Below the pieces are notes generated by a model. That model was not told the origin of the DNA, did not search any database, and saw nothing but the letters and a program-made list of their open reading frames with translations. Position numbers and translations under genes: made by a program. Below are positions 12,981 to 26,045 of a stretch of 64,000 nucleotides of DNA, piece by piece (position 1 is the first letter of the stretch; each line of letters begins with the position of its first letter). The DNA comes from Eledone cirrhosa. Taxonomy: Eukaryota. Location: assembly GCA_964016885.1 (NCBI GenBank), contig CAXHJY010000795.1:25062-89061 (forward strand), given 5' to 3'.

Positions 12981-13953
12981 ATATGTATATATATATATGT
13001 ATATATATATATGTATATATGTATATATGTATATATGTATGTATATATGTATATATATATCCGTCCAAACCCATGCAAGCGTGGAACATGGACGTTAAAC
13101 GATGATGATGATGATATGTATATATATGTATAATATGTATATATATATGTATAATATGTATATATATGCAGCAACACACGCACACACACAAGCAAGACAG
13201 CAACACACGCACACACACACACAGTAGCATTCCACCATACGAACATACTACACTGCCAATACAGAGGAACAAGGCAACAACACACGCACACACACACACA
13301 CACACACACTCAAGCGTGACAACAACACACACACACACACAGTAACATTCAACAAACAGGCAGAGAATGGACTGACAGCTAGCACCACCCCACTCCCACA
13401 ATTGAAAGAACTACTTCGGCCGCTGACCTCTGCCCGACCGACCCCATTTCACGCGCACGCGCGCTCTGCTGAATACCTCAGATATTCAAAACAACGAACA
13501 GCGGAGGACGCGTTTCTCACCTTTCCGACAGACAACCTTTCCCCCACCCCGGAAAAAACCCCAGTTGATGGATGTGAATCCGAAATATATAGGGACAATT
13601 AAATCTCTCCCAAGGTAACTCTCTCTCGTGTTGTTATTTTTGTTTTATCCTTTACGCTCTTTCCTTCATTCCTCTACACGTCTTATACATGCCACGCATC
13701 TCAACGTACACCCACTTACATCTCTCTCTCCACCACCGGATCTTGTTACCTGGAGATTTACCCATTTGCATTGTCGAGGCTTCCAAACGATTTAAAGAAA
13801 TTTACCTTATGTATATATATGTATATATATATGTGTATATATATATGTATATATGTGTATATATATATGTATATATATATTTATATATATATGTATATCT
13901 ATGTATAATTACATATGTATATATATGTATATATATATGTATGTATATATATG

Positions 13954-13985
<32 letters not shown>

Positions 13986-14021
13986 TGTATATATATGTAT
14001 ATATATATATGTATATATATG

Positions 14022-14074
<53 letters not shown>

Positions 14075-14171
14075 GTATATATATATCTATGTATATATAT
14101 GTATATATATATATCTATGTATATATCTATGTATATATATATGTATATATATATATATGTATATATATATG

Positions 14172-14460
14172 TGTCAGGTCACCAGTTGGTGCTACTGGTA
14201 ACATGCATCCCAGTACAACCTGTCTCATGGTCGGGTCGTTGACGACTAAACTGGCAACCCCACCAAGGTTTCTTGGTGGGGAGGGTGACTTTGGACATCC
14301 TGCAGGACTAAAAACAAAACCTGTCAAAGGGCAAAGGAGCTCTTAAGAGTCAATGGCCATCCAAAATCCCCGGGAGAGATGATCCCTTAGCCTTTGTCAA
14401 GGCAGAATTCTAGGAGAAGGAAAACTCTGATATAACACCTGCAACTCTGATGGTATCCAA
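14172..14460 (+). mobile_element. 5' UTR fragment of an RTE-like LINE
   Basis: GC-richer island in (TA)n. Contains CTAGGAGAAGGAAAACTCTGA, which I recall from RTE 5' UTRs, and an HDV-ribozyme-like segment order at its start. Confidence 0.5.
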
Positions 14461-14464
14461 TGAT

Positions 14465-14781
14465 GTTGACTTGTTCTTCTTTTTGGTAAATATCATCTTG
14501 GTTAAGAGAGTGGGACTGGCTTTGTGCAGTGCCTTTGCTCACTATAAAAGCTTCACGGCACAGGCATTGCTTTATATCTGGAGATCTCTCTGCACTTGTC
14601 GTCACATGGTACCATGGTACCAGCACTATGTGTCAATAATTGTCACAAGTGTAGTGTTTGTACCAGAGTTTCCAAGTCGCTGGCTGGACTAAAAAGTCAC
14701 ACTTGTTCAGCGCATCGGTGGGGGTTCTCCTACATGGATATAAATTAGTGGCCGTACTCGAAAACGAGTTGGCAGCCACCA
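14465..14781 (-). mobile_element. 5'-end fragment of the same CR1/L2-group LINE as 14835-17640
   Basis: 14625-14781 is a near-identical copy of 17484-17640, and both abut (TA)n at the same base. Confidence 0.65.
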
Positions 14782-14834
14782 TATATATATGTATATATAT
14801 ATATATCTATGTATATATATGTATACATATATAT

Positions 14835-17640
14835 AACTTTGATAACTTTAACTTTGTTAGCTTTCGGCCAGTATTGGCCCAGGCCATATCTAACTTAATA
14901 GCACCACCTGGCGAAGTCTTACAAATCAGAGATTAGTTACCATGGCCCACTCGAGCAGAGAGTTATTGTTTACGGAGGCATATCCAGGTGTAGGAGGCTT
15001 ATCCAGGATTTCTTGAAGGAATTTATCCAAAGTTTCTTGAACGTGATGGGGTCTGTTTCTGCTTTGATGTGTTTTGGTGTAATGTTAAAGAGTGCAGGGC
15101 CAATTGAGGTGAAATAATTGTGCCGTATTGTTGTTATGAGATGTGAGTGAGATTTTTGTCCTGGGCGGATATCACGGGGCCTAAACCTTGGGTGTACATT
15201 AAAGGTGATGCCAACATCATTTGGGCAAAGCTGATGGAATTTTTTCCACATCATGCAGATAATGTAGCGCTCACGGCGACGTTGGAGAGAATAAAGGTTG
15301 AGCTTTTCTAATCAACTCCAATAGTCAAGGCCTGTTATGCCATCTATCTTTTTTGTAATTGACCTTTGGGTGCTTCAACTTTCATGATACTTCGTTTCAT
15401 GTGGGGAGACCACAGTGGACAACAGTATTCAAGGTGGTGTTGGGCAAAAGTGGAGAAGAGAAGGATGACAGTGTGGATATCTCTCGACTGGAAAGTTCTG
15501 AGAACTTTGCTGTTTATATGAATGGCCCAGCCTATGTTGTTGTCCACAATTACTGCCCGGTCTCTGATGTTGTTGGATGCCACTAGAGTTTCACCCGAAG
15601 GAAGAGAGTATGGTAGTTTCAGGGCATCCTTTTTCCCAAAGTGGAATAATTCAAACTTATTCTCATTCAACAGAATATTATTCTTTTCTTCTCATTGGAT
15701 AACAGCCAGTAGGTCTGACTGAAGGCAAGTCCTGTCACCCACCTCATTGATGACCCTTTGGAGCTTGGATTCATCTGCAAAGATTCTTATGTTGCTGTGC
15801 TTGATGATGTCAGTAATGTCATTAATGTAGATGATGAAAAGAAGTGGGCCCAACACAGTGCCTTGTGGGACGCCACTGCTGACTTTGGCAGGGCTTGATT
15901 TTACTCTTTCGACTAAAACATGCTGGGTTCTGTCTGTCAGGAAACATTTGATCCACTGTAGTAACCTTCCAGAGACACCAACATTGGATAGTTTTTTCAG
16001 TAGAATCTTATGAACAACCCTGTCAAAGGCCTTCATGAAATCAAGGTAGAAGACATCAGTGTTGGAGCCCTCTCCCAAGGCTCTCAAAACAACATCAAAG
16101 TGATGCAGGAGCTGCGTTAGGCAGTCCCTTCCATTACAGAACCCATGTTGGTTGGAGTTCAGCAGGCCGTTGCTTTCAAGAAAGTGGGTTATTCGTGATC
16201 TCACCACCCTCTCAAATACCTTGATAATATGAGAGGTGAGTGAGATCGGACAGTAGTTCACTGCAAGGGACTTATTTCCCTTTTTGAAGACTGGGACAAC
16301 GGACAGGCACAGAAAGTTTTCAGGAATATAGCCAGTATCCAATGAGTTCCTCCACAGATTAGCAAGAGGAGATCCAAGTTGGTGTCGACACACCTTCAGG
16401 ACACAAGCAGGGAACCTGTCGGCGCCTACTGCTGAATTGTGTTTAATTTCGTTTATTGCCACTAAGACATCAGGAGCGCCAAACATTATGTCTGATATAG
16501 TGTGTTGGAGATTGACATCACTGATATGGCCCAGATCGGCCATATCAGGATTGTTGAAAACAGAGCAGTATTGTTTCTGCAGTATCTCGCCCATGGTTTT
16601 GGCATTGTCTTGGAGTGTGCCATTTTCATCAACTCGAGGGCCAACAGTGGAGAGGTGACCTTGTGTTTTTTAGCAAATGAAAACAACACTTTGGTGTTGA
16701 GTTTGATTTTCTCAATGGCCCACCTCTCTTAAGCTATTCTCTGGTTATTGATGATGGTCATCATGCATTGCTGGAGGTTATATTTTTTTGACTCAAGCAG
16801 GGCGATAGCCATCGAATGTGTGTGTTGCTGTTGGCAGTATTTTAGTGTGTTAATTTTTTTTGTTCTTTTTATTTTTCGGATAATTGTTTTTCTCTTTTGG
16901 GAGATACTGCACTTGGTTTTTTTCACAGGTTTTGGTGGGGTGTGTTTTGTACATATATTTGTGACAGTGTCTACAAAGATCTGCCAAGATGTTTTGATGT
17001 TGGTGGAAGTGTGTGCGTGTGTAAAAGACCAGTTGACATGTGATAGTTTGTTCATAATTGCATCCCAGTTGGCATTGTAGAGATCCATGTTATCAAATGG
17101 GTGGGCTGGAAAGAGGACCCTGGGACTAGCTTTCGGCTGGAGGAATCTCAGATTACAAAGAACCATGTCATGGTCTGAGAGAAGGGTTTTTTTCCACTGT
17201 AATATTATGTATAGTGTTAGTGTGGTTACTAAACACTAGATCCAGAATGTTCTTCTGATGCCTCATTGGTGCAAGGACAAGTTGGGATAAGAAAAACTCA
17301 TTCATGAAGTCAAGAAGTGACTCGACAGCTTCTTTGTCAGTGGTTGAGGTTGTGGTGCCTGGTTTCAAACTACATGTAGACCAATCGACACAGGGTAGAT
17401 TAAAGTCTCCCATCAAAAGTATGTTGTTAGAATGGCACTGTTTGATAAAGCATTTAATACTGTTGAGGTTTTCTTTGAAGCAGACTATGTGTCAATAATT
17501 GTCACAAGTGTAGTATTTGTACCAGAGTTTTCAAGTCGCTGGCTGGACTAAAACGTCACACTCGTTCAGCGTATCGGTAGGGGTTCTCTTACATGGATAT
17601 AAAGTAGTGGCCGTACTCGAAAACGAGTTGGCAGCCACCA
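14835..17640 (-). mobile_element. CR1/L2-group LINE, decayed ORF2 (APE endonuclease + RT), apparently internally deleted
   Basis: Endonuclease motifs MGDFNLP and LDLVF. RT motifs PISLTSHIIKVFE, YLDFMKAFDRV, SGVPQGTVLGPLLF, FADESK and HLEYCCPLWSP. Frameshifted, with an (AAAGTT)n-type tail at 14835-14855. Confidence 0.9.
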
Positions 17641-18276
17641 TATATATGTATATATATATGTATATATATATGTGTATATATATGTATATATATATGTGTA
17701 TATATATGTATATTTATATGTATATATATATGTATAGAAAGATTTGAATGGATACAGTTTAGTTGAAAGGAATTTATTGACACGTGTTTCTATAACAGTT
17801 ACATAACCTGAAAACAGCTGCTATCTACAAAGTATTAGTTATGCAGACATTCAATATTTCAATGTTATTATTTACTGTCATTTCATCATATATATATATG
17901 TATATAGTAATAATAATAAATTTGAAGACTAAAATCCAAAGAGGGCTCGATAAGGATAAATATATATCAAATATATAAGAACCGTAGAGCAAATATTTAT
18001 TAAACTGTTATTTTAATAAATATATATATATATTTATTAAACTGTTATTTTAATAAATATATATATATATGTGTATATATATGTATATATATGACAATAT
18101 ATAAACATATCTATAAACAACCATCTGGTTGTGGAACCAACCAACCAACCGGAAATTTATAAATTCCTAAATTTATAAATTTATTATAATAAATTGAAGT
18201 GAAAGCAACTGGTACGTGTGTTTCTTATTGGCAACATGACCCTCCCAAAGTATAACAATATATGTATATATATATA

Positions 18277-18337
<61 letters not shown>

Positions 18338-18699
18338 ATATATATGTATATATACATATATATACACATATATATATATCGGCTGACCTTGTCTTGCTCA
18401 TACGGGATCTGATTCTGGCTTGATTTCTACAGCTGGATGCCCTTCCTAACACCAATATATGTATATATATATATCTACATATATATATATACATATATAT
18501 ACACATATGTATATATATATACATACACATATGTATATATATATATAGACACATATATATATGTGTATGTATATATATATACATATATCTATATATATAC
18601 ATATATATGTATATATATACATATACGTATATATATATACATATACGTATATATTTATATATATATATATAACATATATATATATGTTTATATATACAT

Positions 18700-20116
18700 A
18701 TATATAAAGCTGACGGCCGTATGTAAGTAACAAACTTTCCACCAAGTGGCTGGACCAAACGGCACCAAATTTGCACCATAGATGTAACTTTTTCCAAGTA
18801 AGAAAGTGAGTGTATTTTGTTGACTAAATTTTGTTAAAAGATTAAAAACATTATTTAAATATTCACTTCTTTAAAATTTTCAAATGTCAACACTTCCGGT
18901 TATACGACATTGCTAACGTCTTCACGAACCAAAGTATCATCCTACTGTTTTCTTTCGGTTGCAACGTTTTTCAAAATATTTACTTCTGCGTTCACAGATT
19001 GATTCTTTTAGTTTCAGAGATCCCGTTAAGGGTGAAAGCAGCGATTCTTTGCTTAAACTTTAATCTGTTATTTTAATATATATATATAATTATATATTCG
19101 TGTACAGATATTTTTGCATACACAAAACAAAATATAAACAAACGTATTTATTTCACGAAAGCACAGACGGCTTATCATCATTGTTACTGCCGATCAGATT
19201 TTCCAGAAGATTCGCGATTACCATCAACAAAGCTCAGGGTCAAACCCTTAAAGTGGCTGGCCTTCATCTGGGAAAACCATGATCAATTGTATGTAGGATG
19301 CTCTAGGTTGAGCTTGCAAAACAATCTCTTCTTCTTTGCTCCCGAGGGCCGAACAAAAAATATTGTACACTCTGAGGCTCTAACAATGTAATTTATGTAT
19401 TTTCTGTTACTTGGAATTTCCATTATGGTTGTACAAATTATTGTAAAGTTTGTTAAAAAATTTATTCTCTGTTCAACCTTTATTGTTGTAACTATTAATT
19501 TTCTTTAACGTACTAGCTGAGAAAAGAATCCTACAATGAAAGAACATCTTAAAGTTTACCCAAGCCAAATGTTGTATTTATTAACATTTCTATCTTCAGG
19601 TTCTTAGCAAGCTTACTGGCGCTTTAGTATGGTATTCAATTCTCATATCGTTTTTGATTGATATGGTGCATATATCACAGCTATTCATATGTTTTAAACA
19701 TTAGATAACGATTGCTAATGTATATTGTACGACAGAATTAGCTGAAAAATATTTTGAATGAACAAATAAAAGAGATATAAAAGAGAGATGTTTGTTGGTT
19801 GGTTCCTTCGCGTATCACACAAAAAAATGGAAAGTGACAATCAAATATGTACAGGATTGGGATAAGAGTATATCCAGGAAAGTTTATTGATACTAATTTT
19901 ATAACACCAAAGAAGAAGAAAGACACACCACGTATGCTAACCAACCTGACTGCTATTTCTAGCAGGTTGGGAATCAACCATAAGGGATTCTCTCTGCGAG
20001 TTCGTTGTCAGTGATGATCGTGTTTCGCGGCCTATGTCTCTGATTCCAACGGTGGATTACACACACACACACACACGAACACTCACACAGACACACACAC
20101 ACGAACACTCACACAG

Positions 20117-20163
<47 letters not shown>

Positions 20164-20164
20164 A

Positions 20165-20195
<31 letters not shown>

Positions 20196-20330
20196 CACAA
20201 ACATACACACACACACACACAATACACACACACTGTAAACAAGACAATGCATTCAATACAGACGTTTTCTCTAACTGCTGGTCTTCTCTTATCATTTGAT
20301 AACTTTGGCGAAGCTGGGTACCTCAGCTAG
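18700..20330 (+). mobile_element. Non-autonomous Helitron retaining a Pif1-family helicase C-terminal fragment
   Basis: 19185-19390 reads FAITINKAQGQTLKVAGLHL..QLYVGCSR..APEGRTKNIVHSEAL. 3' end GGCGAAGCTGGGTACCTCAGCTAG|T; 5' end TATATAAAGCTGA. Confidence 0.8.
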
Positions 20331-20412
20331 TACATATATATTTATATATATGTATATATATATATGCATATATATATATATACGTATATATTTATAAATA
20401 GGTATATATTTA

Positions 20413-20718
20413 TATCACCTTGATTACCTTGACCGACCAGTCTGTCGGGGTCCATTCGGTGCCGCTGGTCACAGCACGCCGTCCATTCCTCTCTGGATCG
20501 TGCTATCCTCATCCATGTAGTCCCAATCGTATTCCTAAAATCGTAACTCCACCCTCATGGTGGCCCTCCGAGTGGTCTTTTCCGCTCGCACAGTTACCAC
20601 TCGGCAATTGCGCGGGTCCACCGATTATCGGTGAACCGGGTGACGTGTCCAGCCCATCTGAACTTGCTGCACATATATTCCGTGATGACGTCCCTCACGC
20701 CGGACTTCTGTCTGCATA
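20413..20718 (-). mobile_element. 3' end of a different RTE-1-type LINE
   Basis: Minus strand reads [56 protein letters not shown]. Tail CAAGGTAATCAAGGTGAT; inserted in (TA)n. Confidence 0.8.
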
Positions 20719-20748
20719 TTTATATATATGTATATTTATATATATATG

Positions 20749-20783
<35 letters not shown>

Positions 20784-20802
20784 GTATATTTATATATATA
20801 TG

Positions 20803-20846
<44 letters not shown>

Positions 20847-21117
20847 CGTATATATTTATATATATGTATATATATACATATATATATGTATATATATATA
20901 TACGTATATATTTATATATATATATGTATATATATACATATATATATGTATATATATATACGTATATATTTATATATATGCGTATATATATATATATATG
21001 TATATTTACATATATATATATACACGGATATATATGAATGTATATATGTATATATATACCTATATTCATACATATGTATCTACGTATATGTACATATACA
21101 TATATATATATATACAT

Positions 21118-21234
21118 ATAGGAAAAAGTATAATCCCGGGTCATACTTTTTCCTATTTCCCACTCTACTACCCTAAGTATTGAGTACTCTGGTGCGTTAT
21201 GGTCCATCTGGTTCCTTACCACAATTCCTTTGTT
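21118..21234 (+). mobile_element. Fold-back pLTR remnant (family P1), short-hairpin form
   Basis: ATAGGAAAAAGTATAATCCC|GGGTCATACTTTTTCCTAT followed by the P1 body. Confidence 0.65.
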
Positions 21235-21384
21235 ATATATACATATATATATATATGTACATATATGCATGTATATCTATATATATATATATAAATACAT
21301 GCATATATATATATATACATATATATATGTGTATATATGTGTATACATATGTATATATATATACATATGTATATATATATACAT

Positions 21385-21757
21385 ATCATCATCATCATCA
21401 TCATATTACGTCCGCTTTTCCCTGCTTGCAAGGGTGGGACTGGAACTGATTCTGGCTTGATTTCTACAGCTGGATGCCCTTCCTAACACCAACCTCATTT
21501 ACAGTGAGTGCTGGTTGCTTTTTTTTCTGTGGCGCCTACACGTCCACTTTACAGTGTGGGCTGGGTGCTTTTTTTGCCGTGGCACCTCCACAACCACTTT
21601 ACAGTGGAATGATAGTCCCTATCATCTCTACAGCTGAGTAAACTGGAGCAATGTGAAATAAAGTGTCTTGCTCAAGGAAACAACACATCACCCGGTCTGA
21701 GAATTGAACTCACAACCTTTCGATTGCAAGCCCAATGCTCTAACCACTAAGCCATCT
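21385..21757 (-). mobile_element. SINE family A
   Basis: Reverse complement of the family A consensus with an extra internal module. Confidence 0.9.
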
Positions 21758-22307
21758 ACCTACATATATATTTGCGTATTTATATCTATATATATATAAG
21801 TGTATATCCATCTATCTATATATGTATATATTGTATATACCTATATATATATATGTATGTATATATATATATAAATATATATGTATATATATGTGTGTAT
21901 ATCTATCTATATATATGTATATACATATGTATGTATCTATATACATATATATATATATGTATATACATACATATATATGTATGTATATACATATATATAT
22001 GTATATACATACATATATATGTGTATATATATACATATATTTATATATGTATATACTGTATATACATATATATACATATGTATATATACATAAATATGTA
22101 TATATATAGATATATATTTACACATATATATGTATATACATATATATATATATGTATATACATACATATGTGTATATATATATCTATATATATGTATATA
22201 TATACATATTTATGTATATATATATATATGTATATATATATACATATATACATATATATATATACTGATACATATACATACATATATATAAATGTATATA
22301 TATATAT

Positions 22308-22361
<54 letters not shown>

Positions 22362-22675
22362 GTATATATATATATGTATATACAATATATACATATATAT
22401 ATATATACATACATATATATGTAAATATATATATATGTATATATGTATATACAATATATAAATATATATATGCATATATATGTATATATATATACATATA
22501 TATATATACATGTAAATATGTATATATATATTCACCTTTATTTATATAGTTATGTCTTGTGATACCAATTTTCAATCAGGTAATAAACTACACATTTGGA
22601 TGAGAATAAACATTTTATTTTCATTTTACAGACGAATGGTCAGAGAAATTAGGATGGAATAGCTCTCTCCCTCTT

Positions 22676-22731
<56 letters not shown>

Positions 22732-23003
22732 CTCTCTCTCTCAAACAAACAAACAAATGCACAAAAAAACTATAATAATAATAATGAATAAATAAATAAA
22801 AATATAAAGAAAACACAACGCAAATAAAATCTCTTTTACTTTGATGATCAAACAACTGATGGAATGTTCTGCCAAATCAAATCAACCCCCCTCCCCCCAA
22901 AAAACAAAAAAAAAACAAAGACAAATAAAGAAAAAAAAATTATGTTGTTTCAGAAGTTTTCTTTGTTTTCTTTTTCTTTTTATTATAATAATAATTATTA
23001 TTA

Positions 23004-23058
<55 letters not shown>

Positions 23059-23772
23059 ATAAATAAATAAAGAAAGAAATCATTATTATTATTATTAATT
23101 GTAGAATTTCAGACTCAACTGGTTTTCATACAGCATGGAAAATGTTACATTTTATAGCTTTAGGCCAATTCCAATTTAGTTCATTGGTGGATAGTAATGA
23201 TAAAATGAATAAAACTGTTAAAATAGAAAATAGAAAATTAAAAGAAAAAGGAAAATTTGAAGATAGATTAATATAAAATAAATAGAATGAAAGAGATATA
23301 GATAGATAGATGGATATATATATATATAGAGAGAGGGAGAGAGAGTTGTTTGTGTTAACTAGTACAAAACAAACAAAAAAAAATAAAAGGAAAAATAATA
23401 AAAAAAAAAATAATAAAAAAATAAAAAGCAATGATGAGATTACAACTAAACTGATGATGATGATGATGGATGAGAAACGAAACAAGAAAATTTTGTACAA
23501 TGATTATTTTTGCAATTGCACAAATATTCAGTGAGTACACTCTCGGCTTGTTAAAGGTTAAAATTGATCTGTAAAAGAAAAAAAAAAAAATAAACACAAC
23601 CCCTCCACAAACCCCAAAAAATAAAAACCAAAAAAGGAACAGTAGGATGAATAAAATTAAAAAACAACAGCCAATGTGTAGCTTGGGAAAGTGTTGGTTC
23701 ATCAGCAGTTGGTTTGACACCTTAGGTGATCATATATATGTATATATATATATATGTATATATAAGTATATA

Positions 23773-23819
<47 letters not shown>

Positions 23820-23982
23820 TCATCATCATCGTTTAACGTCTTCTATGCTAGCATGGGTTATATATATATATGTATGTATATATATATGTATATATATATA
23901 TATTATATATATATATATATATCATATATATATATAATGTATATATATATATTGTGTATATATATATATATATATATATATA

Positions 23983-24017
<35 letters not shown>

Positions 24018-24043
24018 GTATATATATAATGTATATATATATA

Positions 24044-24079
<36 letters not shown>

Positions 24080-24094
24080 ATCTCTATACCTCTC

Positions 24095-24132
<38 letters not shown>

Positions 24133-24612
24133 ATGATGTTTATTTGGTAGTTTATTTTCCCTCATATGTCTCCAAGGTAACATTTTGACCAGTGCCTCAT
24201 TAATTAACACCACCATTTTACATACACATACTGCAGCAATTATTTGTCTATGTAGTCACACACACACACACACTCACACACATGCACACACACACACTCA
24301 CACACATGCACTCACACACATGCACAGACACACATGCACACACATTTGTATGATATAATTTTATATGTCTATGCTGGAACTGTGAAGCTGTTAGCGGTTT
24401 TTAAGTATGTGGGAAGGTGGAGGAGGGGGGGGGGGGGGTTGATAACTAGAAGTGTGCGTGTATATAAATTCACACATTCTCTCTATCACTCTGTCAGTCT
24501 GAGAATGTGTCTCCATCTCTCTATATATTTGTCTATCTTTCTATCTGCTGTCTCTCTAGCTTTATCTACCATCTATTACCTATCACTCTCTCTCTCTCTC
24601 TCTCTCGCCCCC

Positions 24613-24666
<54 letters not shown>

Positions 24667-25256
24667 ATATATATGTGTGTGTATATATGTGTGTGTATAT
24701 ATGTGTGTATATATATATGTGTGTGTGTATATATATATATGTGTGTGTGTGTATATATGTGTGTGTGTGTATATATATATGTGTGTATGTGTGTATATAT
24801 ATATATGTGTGTACGTATATGTGTGCATATATATATATATATCAAATATTTAAACTGTACCTCCCTATTTTTATATTTAATAGAGAGTTTGGAGGGCTTA
24901 TAATCCCATTAGCCCATTATATCTCCAGTCCCTGCTATATCTTCCTTATCAGCCTTCAGCCATCATCTTCACATGTAAAAATGAATAGCAGAGAGAAAAT
25001 AAATGACATACATTAAGTCTAATGACCAAAGATTATTTATGTATAAGAGTTGTTTCAGTTTAGCCTCAGGCCACTCCTCCACTGTTCCAGCTGTTATAAC
25101 ATCCTCTCTTTTTGTATATCAAGAACAATATTGATAACTAGATGGTGATCAGTTGATAGCTTAGTCCCCTTTCTTAACATGAACATCTAACACAGAATCG
25201 AAGAGATCAGAGACAACAAGAAAATTAATTATAATTGATTTTGTTATTGTCTTGTA

Positions 25257-25778
25257 TTAATTAGTATTAGGTCAAATCCCGCCGAGGTTAACTTTGCCTT
25301 TCATCCTTACGGGGTCGATAAAATAAAGTACCAGTAATGTACTGGGTAATTTTCTGGCCTTGTGCCAATAGTAGAAACAATTAATTAGTATTAGGTTGAC
25401 TTTGCCTTTCATCCTTACGGGGTCGATAAAATAAAGTACCAGTAATGCACTGGGTAATTGCTGGCCTTGTGCCTAAAGTAGAAACAATTAATTAGTATTA
25501 ATCTCGCCGAGGTTAACTTTGCCTTTCATCCTTACGGGGTCGATAAAATAAAGTACCAGTAATACACTGGGTAATTGCTGGCCTTGTGCCAAAAAAGTAG
25601 AAACAATTAATTAGTATTAATCTCCTTATTACGTCCCTTTACAGTCTGAGTTCAAATCCCATCGAGGTTAACTTTTCCTTTCATCCTTAAAGGGTTGATA
25701 AAATAAAGTACCAGTAATGTACTGGATAAATGCTGGCCTTGTGCCAAAAGTAGAAACAATTAATTATTATTAATCTCC
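25257..25778 (+). mobile_element. Four head-to-tail 5'-truncated SINE B copies
   Basis: CTTTCATCCTTA..AAGTACCAGTAAT..GTAGAAACAATTAATTAGTATTA occurs four times. Confidence 0.9.
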
Positions 25779-25794
25779 ATCCCCAATATTACAG

Positions 25795-26045
25795 ATATGT
25801 GGTTTGAATGTGATGTGTCAGGTGATAATTGCCGGTTAGATTTTATGGGCAAAATCAACCAGCATGAGACCCAAGGGCAGACCCTGAACAAGATGGTTAG
25901 AGAAAATCCATGAGCTAGGATGTTCTTGCTTGGAGATCCAGACAGATCAATTGGAAATGGTTGCTTTTAATAGAACCCACTGGAAGGCTTGCTTGAGGAC
26001 TCTGCTCCCACAAGCCTCCCAAGAATAAGTGGGCAAAGAAGAACA
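25795..26045 (+). mobile_element. Old RTE-type 3' remnant
   Basis: RPKGRP.TRW-like reading (AGACCCAAGGGCAGACCCTGAACAAGATGG) and an (AAG)n tail. Confidence 0.45.

Noticed and set aside
23600-23721. Minus-strand terminal exon with an AT-rich 3' UTR toward 22600
   Set aside because: There is no polypyrimidine acceptor and no recognisable peptide; composition alone is insufficient.
3-24903. Dozens of YI/CV/HT-rich ORFs in the track
   Set aside because: They are translations of (TA)n/(CA)n microsatellites, open in several frames on both strands.
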